A stretch of 64,000 nucleotides of DNA from Bacteroidales bacterium UBA5072 (GTDB taxonomy: Bacteria > Bacteroidota > Bacteroidia > Bacteroidales > UBA10428). A program made the translations under genes and the position numbers. Shown here piece after piece: positions 39,983-50,074 of the stretch. Positions within the stretch are counted from its first letter, which is position 1, and each line of letters starts with the position of its first letter. Location of the stretch: assembly GCA_002415855.1 (NCBI GenBank), contig DIAS01000015.1, forward strand, positions 17,968 through 81,967. The letters are read 5' to 3'. Below the pieces are notes generated by a model. That model saw only the letters and a program-made list of their open reading frames with translations. It ran no database searches and had not been told where the DNA came from.

Positions 39983-41335
39983 ATGCAACCACTGAGTGAA
40001 TTCATGCAAAAACTTGAGGAGATAACCGTTCAGGCTTCTCAAATCGACAAGGAGCTTTTCGAAACGTACAATGTGAAGCGCGGTCTCAGGAACCAGGACG
40101 GATCAGGGGTACTGGTGGGCCTCACCAATATCGGCGATGTTGTGGGATATGAAAAGAAGGATAGTCTGGTTACCCCTTGCGAAGGCCGTCTCTATTACCG
40201 GGGCATCAATGTGGAAGACCTTGTACACGGATTTCAGAAAGACAAAAGGCATGGATTTGATGAGACGGTGTATCTGCTGCTTACCGGCAAGCTGCCCAAT
40301 AAAGATGACCTGGAGCTGTTTTCTTCCTATATGGCCGGACATCGGGACCTGCCCAACAGTTTTGTGAACCTGATCCTTTCGTTCCGGGGGAAGAACATCA
40401 TGAACATGCTGGCCCGATCGGTGCTTGTCATGTATACACAGGACGATGAGGCAGAGAATTATTCACATATCAACCTGTTAAAACAGTCCCTCAACCTCAT
40501 CGCCAAATTCCCGGTCATTGCAGCCTATGTATATTTCGGATTCAGGCATACTTACCAGCGGAAATCCCTGATCTTCCGTCACCCCGATCCCGAGATGAGT
40601 ACAGCCGAGAATTTTCTCTATATGCTGAAGGGAGAGGATTATTCAAAGCTGGAAGCTGATATTCTGGATCTGGCACTGGTCCTGCACGCCGAGCATGGCG
40701 GCGGTAACAATTCCACCTTTGCCACCCGCGTGATCAGTTCGGCAGGGACGGATACCTATTCTGCCATATCAGCCGGTCTCGGATCACTGAAAGGATACCT
40801 GCACGGCGGAGCCAACCTGCAGGTCGAAGAAATGATCCGGGATATCAAAAAAAATGTAAAGGACTGGAAAGATAAGAAAGAACTGCTGGAATACCTGCAG
40901 AAAATCCTGAAGGGTGAAGCCGGCGACGGCTCGGGTAAAATATATGGTATCGGACATGCCATTTATACATTGTCCGATCCCAGAGCCATACTGCTGAAGG
41001 ATAAGGCAAGGGACCTGGCCGAAACCAAAGGCAAAGCCGATGAATATAATCTTTACGAATCTATCGAGGAACTTGCCCCGGAAGCGTTTGCCAGGTTCAA
41101 GGGCGGTAATTCCAAGGTGGTGAGCGCCAACGTCGATTTCTATTCAGGGTTTGTTTACAAATGCATCGACATCCCCAAGGAGCTTTTCACACCTATCTTT
41201 GCCATTGCACGTATGGCGGGTTGGTGTGCCCACCGGTTGGAAGAAGTCACATTTGCCTCCAGGAGGATCATCAGGCCTGCCTATAAAAACGTGTTCGGCA
41301 GGATTGATTATGATCCTTTGGAGGAAAGAGCATAA
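39983..41335 (+). CDS. gltA: Citrate synthase (anaerobe-type long form, citrate/2-methylcitrate synthase family)
   Basis: LHAEHGGGNNST, LHGGAN, GIGHAIY...DPRA, ANVDFYSG, IIRP. Confidence 0.93.
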   Translation: MQPLSEFMQKLEEITVQASQIDKELFETYNVKRGLRNQDGSGVLVGLTNIGDVVGYEKKDSLVTPCEGRLYYRGINVEDLVHGFQKDKRHGFDETVYLLLTGKLPNKDDLELFSSYMAGHRDLPNSFVNLILSFRGKNIMNMLARSVLVMYTQDDEAENYSHINLLKQSLNLIAKFPVIAAYVYFGFRHTYQRKSLIFRHPDPEMSTAENFLYMLKGEDYSKLEADILDLALVLHAEHGGGNNSTFATRVISSAGTDTYSAISAGLGSLKGYLHGGANLQVEEMIRDIKKNVKDWKDKKELLEYLQKILKGEAGDGSGKIYGIGHAIYTLSDPRAILLKDKARDLAETKGKADEYNLYESIEELAPEAFARFKGGNSKVVSANVDFYSGFVYKCIDIPKELFTPIFAIARMAGWCAHRLEEVTFASRRIIRPAYKNVFGRIDYDPLEERA

Positions 41336-41360
41336 AACCCCCTATAATTTTAGGGGGGCA

Positions 41361-41391
41361 TTGAAATATTGCTGTCTTTTTCCTATATTTG
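41361..41391 (+). promoter_or_regulatory. Bacteroidota housekeeping promoter for gltBD
   Basis: TTG at 41361-41363, 20-bp spacer, TATATTTG at 41384-41391. Confidence 0.7.
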
Positions 41392-41411
41392 CCCCAAAGA
41401 ACTAGGGCTAT

Positions 41412-41519
41412 ATGATGTTGATAATTAATATTTCCGCAAATTCAAGAAAAACTCGACAATATTGAGAATGGTATTATAGTGCTTAAGGGCCATTCTCTGC
41501 AAACAGGAATGGCCTTTTT
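41412..41519 (+). promoter_or_regulatory. Candidate transcription attenuator of gltBD: 17-codon leader ORF plus alternative antiterminator and terminator stems
   Basis: ORF 41412-41465 MMLIINISANSRKTRQY*; GAGAATGGT (41464-41472) can pair with GCCATTCTC (41489-41497); terminator GGCCATTC...GAATGGCC followed by TTTTT (41488-41519). Confidence 0.6.
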
Positions 41520-41551
41520 AATATAATCTGAAATTTAAAGTTACAACCTAT

Positions 41552-44500
41552 ATGATCAGCAAGGGAATGCCAGAAAAGAAGGGCTTGTATGACCCTTCCG
41601 AGGAAAAGGACAGTTGTGGTATTGGTTTTGTAGCCCAGATCAGGGGCATTAAATCACACGACATCATCCACCGGGGTCTCGAAGTGCTTGAAAACATGTC
41701 ACACCGCGGTGCTGAAAGCGCAGACAACGTGACGGGCGATGGTGCAGGTATTTTGATACAGCTTCCTCACAGCTTTCTTCTTTCAAAGGGAATCAAGGTT
41801 CCGGGAGAGGGCAGGTATGGTACGGGACTGGTTTTTCTGCCGCAAAACGAAAAAGACAGGAAGGTATGCGAGAAAATACTGGTGGACACACTTGTAAGCG
41901 AAGGACTTGATGTTATCGGATTTCGTGATGTTCCTGTCGATAATACCATCCTCGGCGAAATCTCAAAGAGTTCAGAACCTTTCATCCGTCAGATCTTTGT
42001 GGCCGGTAATTTTGAACAGGACGAGTTGGAGCGGAAACTGTACATATCACGGAAACAAGCCGAGAAGAAAGTACGGGATGCGGAATTTGAAAGCCGCAGT
42101 GCATTTTACCTCCCCAGTCTGTCGACCAAGGTAATGGTATACAAAGGGATGTTTACCTCGCACCAGCTCCGGCTGTATTTTACCGATCTGCGTGATCCCA
42201 GGCTCGAAAGTGCCATAGCCCTGATCCATTCACGGTTCTCTACCAATACTTTTCCCACCTGGGATCTGGCCCAGCCGTTCCGTTATCTGGGCCATAACGG
42301 GGAGATCAATACCATCAAGGGCAACCGGATGTGGATGAATGCACGCGAAGCGCTCATGAAAACCGGCATTATCGGCGAAGATCTGAAAAAGATCTTCCCG
42401 GTGATCGAACCGGAGAAAAGTGATTCGGCTTCGCTCGACAATGTTCTTGAATTCCTGGTACTTACCGGCAAATCCCTTACTCATGCCCTCAGCATGCTGA
42501 TCCCGGAATCGTGGAATGATAAGAATCCGATCCCCGAAAGCCTGAAAGCTTTTTATGAATACCATTCCACCATTATGGAGCCATGGGACGGCCCTGCTTC
42601 CATCGTTTTCAGCGACGGACGGTTTATCGGCGGCACACTCGACCGGAACGGGCTAAGGCCATCCCGTTATATCATCACCAAAGATGATATGATCGTCATG
42701 GGATCCGAAGTGGGGGTGCAGGTTTTTCCGCCTGAACAGATCAAGGAGAAGGGACGCCTGAGACCCGGTAAAATCCTGCTGGTTGACACAAAATTCGGCA
42801 TTATTGTGCCAGATGATGAACTGAAACGGCAGCTGACGGAAAGAAATCCCTATGCCAACTGGTTGAAGGAAAACAGGATCGAACTGGGAGACATTGTTGT
42901 GAAACAGCGGGTGCCGACCACGCTTGGGGATGAGCATCAGCACTACCTGAAGGTTTTTGGTTACACCAAAGAGGATTTTGATGTCCTTATCAAACCGATG
43001 GCGCATGAAGGACAGGAACCGGTCAGCTCCATGGGCAATGATACACCGCTGGCAGTTATGTCGGACAAACCCCAGCGCCTGTTCAATTATTTCCGGCAGC
43101 ATTTTGCCCAGGTAACCAATCCACCGATTGACCCGATACGCGAAGGGCTTGTCATGTCGCTTACCAATTACATCGGTTCGGTCTCCCGTAACCTGTTGGT
43201 GGAATCATCCGCACACTGCAAGCTGATCAAGTTCCGCAGTCCCCTTGTTACCAACACCGACCTGGGGAAGATCAGGAACCTCGATCAGGACCAGTTCTCG
43301 CACGTTGTTATCCCGATGCTTTTTGCTGCGGATACAGACGATCCCGGTTCAACCCTTGAAAAGGCAATCCGCGAGATCTGCAGCAAGGCGGAGGAGGCTG
43401 TCGACAAAGGCTGTAACTTTATTATCCTGTCTGACCGCGGCATCAGTCCCGACCTGGCGCCGATCCCTTCATTGCTTGCGGTTTCGGCAGTCCATCACCA
43501 CCTCATCAACACGCAAAAAAGGATGCAGGTTGGTCTTATTGTAGAAACAGCCGAACCACGCGAAGTGAATCATTTCGCCCTGCTGTTCGGTTACGGCGCA
43601 AGTGTTGTGAACCCTTACGGGGCCTTTGCCATCATTGAAAGGCTTTGCCAGACAGGTGAGATCCGCGAGGATTATGTTACAGCACGTGAGCATTTCATCA
43701 AGTCAATCGACAAGGGATTGCTGAAGGTCATGTCGAAAATGGGAATATCCACACTTCGAAGCTATCACGGATCACAGATCTTTGAAGCCATCGGACTGTC
43801 AAAGGAAATCGCCGACAGGTTTTTTACGGGAACAGATTCCCGCATCGGCGGGATCGGATTGGAAGAAATTGCAAGGGAGGCATTGATCCCGCACCGCATG
43901 GCATATTACCCCGATAACCAGGAGAACCTGGAACCGGAAACCCAGGGAGTATATCACTACCGGCGAAACGGGGAACAGCATGCCTGGAATCCGGAAACCA
44001 TCGGTTTGCTTCAATGGGCCACCCGCACCAACGATTATAACAAATTCAAGGAATTCAGTGCACTGGTCGACCATGAAAATCGGAAACCTCAGTTTATCCG
44101 GGGATGCGTGAACCTGAAAAAGGGCAATCCAGTACCCCTGGATGAAGTTGAACCGGTGGAATCCATCCTGAAACGCTTTGTTACCGGTGCCATGTCATAC
44201 GGGTCCATCAGCAAGGAGGCTCATGAAGCGCTGGCGGTCGCCATGAATACTATCGGTGGCAGGAGTAATACCGGTGAAGGAGGAGAGGATTCCGCACGTT
44301 TCGGGATACGCGAAGACGGAACCAGTGCAAGAAGCGCCATCAAACAGGTGGCGTCGGGACGGTTCGGGGTTACCACCAATTACCTGATCAATGCCGATGA
44401 AATTCAGATCAAGGTGGCGCAGGGCGCCAAGCCGGGTGAGGGCGGGCAGCTGCCGGGGCATAAAATTGATACCATCATCGCCAAACTCCGGCATTCCACC

Positions 44501-46096
44501 CCCGGTATCACCCTGATATCTCCTCCGCCCCATCATGATATCTACTCCATTGAAGACCTTGCCCAGCTAATCTTTGATCTAAAATGTACCAATCCGCGGG
44601 CCAGGATCACAGTCAAGCTGGTTTCGGAAAAGGGTGTGGGAACCATTGCTGCGGGCGTGGCCAAAGCTCATGCCGACGGAATTACCATCAGCGGTTGTGA
44701 AGGAGGGACCGGAGCAAGCCCTGCCAGTTCAATAAAGCACGCGGGGTTACCAATGGAACTGGGTATAGCGGAAGTTCAGCAGACCCTGGTGATCAACAAC
44801 CTGCGTGATCGTGTTGTGCTGCAAACCGATGGACAGCTGAAAACAGGGAAGGATGTGGTTTATGCGGGACTTCTGGGAGCCGAGGAATTCGGATTTGCCA
44901 CGGGCTCACTTATCGTGCTGGGATGTATCATGATGCGCAAATGCCATCTGAACACCTGTCCGGTTGGGGTGGCTACCCAAAATCCGGAACTGAGAAAGCG
45001 TTTTGTGGGGAAATCCCAATATCTCATCAACTACTTCCGCTTTGTAGCAACCGAGGTTCGGGAAATCATGGCTGAAATGGGATTCAGGAAATTTGACGAT
45101 CTTGTCGGCCGTACCGATCTCCTGGAGCAGCGCAAGGATATCAACCACTGGAAGGCCGGCAAGCTCGACCTTTCACAAATCCTATACCGACCTGCCGAGT
45201 CAGCAAAATTCGATACCCATTGCACCTGTTTTCAGAAGCACAAGATCGACGAAGTGCTTGACCATGAGCTGATCAAGCTGGCCAACAAGGCCATCAAGAA
45301 TTCGGAAAAGGTCTGGATATCACATGATATAACCAATACCGACCGGACCGTTGGTGCCATGCTGTCCGGTGAAATTACACGGATCTACGGTGAGGCAGGG
45401 CTGCCGGACGGAACAATCATCTGCAAGTTCAAAGGATCCGCAGGACAGTCTTTCGGAGCTTTCCTGGTGAAAGGAATTCAGTTTGAGCTCGAGGGCGACA
45501 GCAATGATTATCTGGGGAAAGGCCTGTCAGGCGGAAGGATTATTGTTGTGCCACCCAGGGAATCAACGTTTAAACCCGATGAAAACATCATAGCAGGGAA
45601 TACCCTTCTATATGGCGCAACCAGCGGAGAAGCCTACATACTCGGAGAGGTCGGCGGAAGGTTTGCAGTCCGTAACAGCGGGGCCATTGCTGTTGTGGAA
45701 GGTGCAGGTGATCATTGCTGTGAATACATGACCGGAGGGCGGGTCGTGGTGCTGGGCAGCGCAGGACGTAACTTTGCAGCGGGGATGAGCGGCGGTATTG
45801 CTTATGTGCTTGACAAAGACGGTGATTTTGACTATTTCTGCAACAAAGGCATGGTTGAACTAAGCCAGGTGGGCGACAGGGACGACCTGATCGAACTGCA
45901 GCGATTGATACATAACCATTACCTCTATACACGCAGTGAACTGGCTGAGAAAATCCTGGTGAACTGGGATGAATACCTGCCAAAATTCGTCAAGGTTATT
46001 CCGCTTGAATACAAGAAAGTACTTGAAGAACAGAAGATCTCGCAGCTGGTTCAGAAAATCCAGCGCACGGAGGATGAGCCACATTTCCATTATTAA
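41552..46096 (+). CDS. gltB: Glutamate synthase large subunit
   Basis: DSCGIGF (Ntn Cys), HSRFSTNT, HNGEINT, QGAKPGEGGQLPG, CIMMRKCHLNTCPVG, GXGXG domain. Confidence 0.98.
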   Translation: MISKGMPEKKGLYDPSEEKDSCGIGFVAQIRGIKSHDIIHRGLEVLENMSHRGAESADNVTGDGAGILIQLPHSFLLSKGIKVPGEGRYGTGLVFLPQNEKDRKVCEKILVDTLVSEGLDVIGFRDVPVDNTILGEISKSSEPFIRQIFVAGNFEQDELERKLYISRKQAEKKVRDAEFESRSAFYLPSLSTKVMVYKGMFTSHQLRLYFTDLRDPRLESAIALIHSRFSTNTFPTWDLAQPFRYLGHNGEINTIKGNRMWMNAREALMKTGIIGEDLKKIFPVIEPEKSDSASLDNVLEFLVLTGKSLTHALSMLIPESWNDKNPIPESLKAFYEYHSTIMEPWDGPASIVFSDGRFIGGTLDRNGLRPSRYIITKDDMIVMGSEVGVQVFPPEQIKEKGRLRPGKILLVDTKFGIIVPDDELKRQLTERNPYANWLKENRIELGDIVVKQRVPTTLGDEHQHYLKVFGYTKEDFDVLIKPMAHEGQEPVSSMGNDTPLAVMSDKPQRLFNYFRQHFAQVTNPPIDPIREGLVMSLTNYIGSVSRNLLVESSAHCKLIKFRSPLVTNTDLGKIRNLDQDQFSHVVIPMLFAADTDDPGSTLEKAIREICSKAEEAVDKGCNFIILSDRGISPDLAPIPSLLAVSAVHHHLINTQKRMQVGLIVETAEPREVNHFALLFGYGASVVNPYGAFAIIERLCQTGEIREDYVTAREHFIKSIDKGLLKVMSKMGISTLRSYHGSQIFEAIGLSKEIADRFFTGTDSRIGGIGLEEIAREALIPHRMAYYPDNQENLEPETQGVYHYRRNGEQHAWNPETIGLLQWATRTNDYNKFKEFSALVDHENRKPQFIRGCVNLKKGNPVPLDEVEPVESILKRFVTGAMSYGSISKEAHEALAVAMNTIGGRSNTGEGGEDSARFGIREDGTSARSAIKQVASGRFGVTTNYLINADEIQIKVAQGAKPGEGGQLPGHKIDTIIAKLRHSTPGITLISPPPHHDIYSIEDLAQLIFDLKCTNPRARITVKLVSEKGVGTIAAGVAKAHADGITISGCEGGTGASPASSIKHAGLPMELGIAEVQQTLVINNLRDRVVLQTDGQLKTGKDVVYAGLLGAEEFGFATGSLIVLGCIMMRKCHLNTCPVGVATQNPELRKRFVGKSQYLINYFRFVATEVREIMAEMGFRKFDDLVGRTDLLEQRKDINHWKAGKLDLSQILYRPAESAKFDTHCTCFQKHKIDEVLDHELIKLANKAIKNSEKVWISHDITNTDRTVGAMLSGEITRIYGEAGLPDGTIICKFKGSAGQSFGAFLVKGIQFELEGDSNDYLGKGLSGGRIIVVPPRESTFKPDENIIAGNTLLYGATSGEAYILGEVGGRFAVRNSGAIAVVEGAGDHCCEYMTGGRVVVLGSAGRNFAAGMSGGIAYVLDKDGDFDYFCNKGMVELSQVGDRDDLIELQRLIHNHYLYTRSELAEKILVNWDEYLPKFVKVIPLEYKKVLEEQKISQLVQKIQRTEDEPHFHY

Positions 46097-46127
46097 CAGA
46101 ATACTTGAACCGCTTATATACTAAGAT

Positions 46128-47552
46128 ATGGGAAACCCGAAAGGATTTATTCAGATAGCAAGAAAGGTTGCAGGATACAGACCCCTCAATGAAAGAACAT
46201 CTGATTTTGGTGAGGTGGAACAAACCCTGAATGAACAGGACAGGCAGGACCAGGCCGCCAGGTGCATGGACTGCGGTGTACCTTTTTGTCAGTGGGGCTG
46301 TCCGGTGATGAACAATATGCCGGAATGGCAGGATGCAATCTTCCAGGGTAACTGGCAAAGCGCCATTGACCTGCTGCATGTCACCAACAATTTTCCGGAA
46401 TTTACGGGCAGGATTTGTCCTGCTCCGTGTGAAAACGCCTGTACGCTTAATATTCATGGCGAGCCGGTAACGATCCGGGAAAATGAGGCAGCGGCAGCTG
46501 AAAAGGGATTTGAACTGGGCTTTGTAGTACCTAAACCTCCTGCACTACGCACAGGCATGAAAGTTGCCGTTATCGGTTCAGGTCCGTCAGGACTGGCCTG
46601 CGCCGACCTGTTGAACAAATGGGGACACGAGGTGACTGTTTTTGAGAAAGATGATGCTGTCGGAGGATTGCTGCGTTATGGCATTCCTGATTTCAAGCTT
46701 AACAAGAAGGTCATCGACCGCCGCCTGGATATCCTGCTGGAGGAAGGCCTGGTTTTCAAAACAAGCACCCATGTGGGCGTGGATATCCGGGGGGAAGAAC
46801 TGTTAAAGGAATTTGATGCCATTTGCCTGACCATTGGTGCCATGAAACCCCGGGAACTGACAGTGGAAGGCGCCGGACTCAGGGGCATCCATTTTGCCAT
46901 GGATTTTCTTACCCAGCAGAATAAAGTCAATCGTGGCATGCAAATCCCCGAAAAAGAGAGAATTCTGGCAACCGGCAAAAATGTTGTTGTTATCGGCGGA
47001 GGCGATACCGGCTCGGATTGTGTGGGAACTTCCATTCGCCAGGGTGCCAAAAGCGTGAGGCAAATAGAGATCATGCCAAAGCCTTCCGAATCGAGGCGCC
47101 AGGATAACCCCTGGCCTTACTGGGCCAACATCCTGCGCTATTCAAGCTCACATGAGGAGGGCTGTGAACGCAGCTGGAGCCTGTCAACAAGAAAGTGTAT
47201 CGGTGATAACGGATCGGTTAAGCAGCTCGAAGTGGTAGAGGTGGACTGGGTAAACAACAATGGCCGGATGGCCATGATTGAAAAGCCGGCAACAGCAAAG
47301 ATCATCGAGGCTGATATGGTATTGCTGGCCATGGGATTTGTACATTGTGTGCACGAAGGGATTGCAGGCGAATTCAAGCTCGATTTCGATACCCGCGGCA
47401 ATATCAAGGTCGACAGGAACTTTCAGACCAGCAAGTCAAAAGTCTTTGCTGCCGGGGATGCCGCCATTGGCGCCAGCCTGGTGGTACGGGCAATCTTCCA
47501 GGGCCGGAGTCTGGCACGGGCTGTTGATAATTACCTGAAGAGAAAGGATTGA
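46128..47552 (+). CDS. gltD: Glutamate synthase small subunit
   Basis: RCMDCGVPFC..GCP, GRICPAPCE, GSGPSG, GGGDTGSDC. Confidence 0.97.
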   Translation: MGNPKGFIQIARKVAGYRPLNERTSDFGEVEQTLNEQDRQDQAARCMDCGVPFCQWGCPVMNNMPEWQDAIFQGNWQSAIDLLHVTNNFPEFTGRICPAPCENACTLNIHGEPVTIRENEAAAAEKGFELGFVVPKPPALRTGMKVAVIGSGPSGLACADLLNKWGHEVTVFEKDDAVGGLLRYGIPDFKLNKKVIDRRLDILLEEGLVFKTSTHVGVDIRGEELLKEFDAICLTIGAMKPRELTVEGAGLRGIHFAMDFLTQQNKVNRGMQIPEKERILATGKNVVVIGGGDTGSDCVGTSIRQGAKSVRQIEIMPKPSESRRQDNPWPYWANILRYSSSHEEGCERSWSLSTRKCIGDNGSVKQLEVVEVDWVNNNGRMAMIEKPATAKIIEADMVLLAMGFVHCVHEGIAGEFKLDFDTRGNIKVDRNFQTSKSKVFAAGDAAIGASLVVRAIFQGRSLARAVDNYLKRKD

Positions 47553-47578
47553 CGAGATACGTCACCTAATAAAAAAAC

Positions 47579-48511
47579 ATGTCCACCGCATACAAAGGGA
47601 TCCTTTACGCAGTTATCACGGCTGCCTTATGGAGCGTCCTGGCCATTGTTATGAAGGTATCTCTGCGGGGACTAACACCGGCGGATATTACCTGGTTCAG
47701 GTTTGTCCTGGCATTTACCATCCTGGCATTTTATTATTATCTGAAAAAACCTCATTATCTGAGGATCCTGAAAAGGCCACCGCTGATCCTTGTTATCGCC
47801 ACCCTTTGTCTGGCAGCAAATTACTATGGATTTATAGAAGGGGTAAACCTCACAACCCCCAGCATTGCCCAGGTATTTATTCAGCTTGGGCCGGTTTTGC
47901 TGGCCGTGGCCGGCTTTATATTCTTCCGGGAAAAGGTAACCTGGAGGCAGATTACGGGATTGATATTGTCTGCGGCCGGGCTGCTGGTCTTTTACAATGA
48001 GCAGCTCAATCTCATCGTTACGGGTAAGGCCGCGTTACACGCAGGGATCATCTGGATACTTGTTGCTGCGATCACCTGGGCAGTCTATTCTGTGCTGCTC
48101 AAGGTGTTGGTGACCAGATATCCGCCCATGCAACTCAACCTGGTTGTTTTCGGACTGCCGGCTATCCTTTATTTTCCCTTTGTGAACTTTCATCATTTTA
48201 CCAGCCTCCATATTACCGGATGGCTGATATTGCTGTTCATGGGACTGAACACACTCATAGCTTACGGTTTGCTCTCCCTTGCGATCCATTATATTGAGGC
48301 CAATAAGATCAGCGTGATTTTAATCCTGAATCCCATCCTGACATTTGTGCTGATGGCCGTTATCTCAGGTTCCGGAGCCACCTGGATACAGCATGAGCAT
48401 TATTCCCTCATTACCCTTGCAGGGGCAATGATCGTCCTTGCTGGAGCCGTCCTTACCGTATTCAAAAAAAACAAATCCGCGAATGCCATAGGTTATCGAA
48501 ACAATCGGTAA
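47579..48511 (+). CDS. DMT/EamA family transporter
   Basis: About 10 TMs in two EamA repeats; WFRF, FFREKV. Confidence 0.9.
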   Translation: MSTAYKGILYAVITAALWSVLAIVMKVSLRGLTPADITWFRFVLAFTILAFYYYLKKPHYLRILKRPPLILVIATLCLAANYYGFIEGVNLTTPSIAQVFIQLGPVLLAVAGFIFFREKVTWRQITGLILSAAGLLVFYNEQLNLIVTGKAALHAGIIWILVAAITWAVYSVLLKVLVTRYPPMQLNLVVFGLPAILYFPFVNFHHFTSLHITGWLILLFMGLNTLIAYGLLSLAIHYIEANKISVILILNPILTFVLMAVISGSGATWIQHEHYSLITLAGAMIVLAGAVLTVFKKNKSANAIGYRNNR

Positions 48512-48544
48512 CTTTATTATATATTTGCCTTCTATCTGTTTCCC

Positions 48545-50071
48545 ATGCCCATCCTGACTTCAATAATCAACTGGCTGAATGTGAAAAGGGTCCATCAAAT
48601 GGACCTTTTCAGGAAATATCCGGCGGAAGTACAGTTGGAAACCTTTCAAAAGCTCGTCAGCCGTGCCGAGGGAACAGAATGGGGGAGGAAATACGGATAT
48701 GCATCCTTCAGCAGCATTGCGGATTTTCAGGCAAGCGTTCCCATACAGACCTACGAAGAGGTCAAACCTTTTGTTGACAGGCTAAGGCAGGGTGAGCAAA
48801 ACCTCCTTTGGCCGGGTGACATCAAATGGTTTGCCAAGTCCTCCGGCACAACCAATGACAAAAGTAAGTTCATCCCGGTGAGCAGCGAATCGCTGAAGGA
48901 ATGTCATTTCAAGGGAGGGAAAGATGTACTGGCCATTTATTGCCAGAATAATCCTGAAACCAGGATCTTTTCGGGAAAGGGATTAACCCTGGGCGGAAGC
49001 CATAAGATCGATAATTTTAACAACCAGTCGTACTATGGTGATCTGTCAGCCATCCTCATTGAGAATTTACCCTTCTGGACAGAATTCATCCGTACGCCCA
49101 GCCAGGAAGTTGCCCTGCTGGAAAGATTCGAGGAGAAGCTGGAAAAAATTGCAGGAGAATCCGTGCAGGAAAACGTTACCAGTATTGCAGGTGTTCCGTC
49201 ATGGAATCTTGTAATGCTGAAGTATATTGTTGAACATACCGGCAAGAGCAATGTGCTTGAGGTATGGCCCGGACTGGAACTTTTCATCCACGGAGGGGTC
49301 AGCTTCACACCTTACCGGGAACAGTTCAAAAAACTGATCCCTTCGGAAAAAATGAATTATGTTGAGGCATACAATGCTTCCGAGGGCTTTTTTGCTATCC
49401 AGGACGACCCGTCCGCATCGGATATGCTGCTCATGCTTGATTATGGGATCTTTTATGAGTTCGTTCCCGTGGAACAGCTGGAAACGGACAATCCCGACTC
49501 ACTAACCATCAGCCAGGTAGAAAAGGATACGAATTACGCCCTGGTTATTTCCACCAATTCGGGGCTGTGGCGTTACATGATCGGGGATACGGTGAGATTT
49601 ACCTCGCTGTATCCGCATAAAGTAGTTATTTCTGGCAGAACCAAGCATTTTATCAATGTCTTCGGCGAAGAAGTTATCGTCGATAATGCCGATAAAGCGC
49701 TAAGAATCGCCTGCGATAAGACCGGCGCGGAAATTATCGATTACACGGCTGCACCGGTATACATGAGCGATGAACACCAGGGCGCACATGAATGGCTGAT
49801 CGAGTTCAGCAACCTGCCGGATGAACCGGATTACTTTGCGGCACTCCTTGATCATGCGTTGATGTCGATCAATTCTGATTACGAGGCCAAACGGTACCGG
49901 AACCTCACCCTGGATAAACCCATCGTTCATGTGGCAGCTCCGGGTACGTTTTACCGCTGGCTGCAGGAAAAAGGGAAGCTCGGCGGGCAGAACAAGGTAC
50001 CCAGGTTGTCCAATGAACGAAAATACCTTGAGGAATTACTTGAAATTCATGCACGGATTAAAGCAAAATAA
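48545..50071 (+). CDS. GH3 family (acyl-amido synthetase-like) protein
   Basis: FAKSSGTTNDKSKFIP, YNASEGFF, GLWRYMIGD, GGQNKVPRL. Confidence 0.92.
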   Translation: MPILTSIINWLNVKRVHQMDLFRKYPAEVQLETFQKLVSRAEGTEWGRKYGYASFSSIADFQASVPIQTYEEVKPFVDRLRQGEQNLLWPGDIKWFAKSSGTTNDKSKFIPVSSESLKECHFKGGKDVLAIYCQNNPETRIFSGKGLTLGGSHKIDNFNNQSYYGDLSAILIENLPFWTEFIRTPSQEVALLERFEEKLEKIAGESVQENVTSIAGVPSWNLVMLKYIVEHTGKSNVLEVWPGLELFIHGGVSFTPYREQFKKLIPSEKMNYVEAYNASEGFFAIQDDPSASDMLLMLDYGIFYEFVPVEQLETDNPDSLTISQVEKDTNYALVISTNSGLWRYMIGDTVRFTSLYPHKVVISGRTKHFINVFGEEVIVDNADKALRIACDKTGAEIIDYTAAPVYMSDEHQGAHEWLIEFSNLPDEPDYFAALLDHALMSINSDYEAKRYRNLTLDKPIVHVAAPGTFYRWLQEKGKLGGQNKVPRLSNERKYLEELLEIHARIKAK

Positions 50072-50074
50072 CCT

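Noticed and set aside
41334-41358. ccccctataattttaggggg hairpin after gltA as a strong terminator
   Set aside because: The stem is present but there is no U tract on the + strand, so read-through into the gltB leader cannot be excluded; not called.
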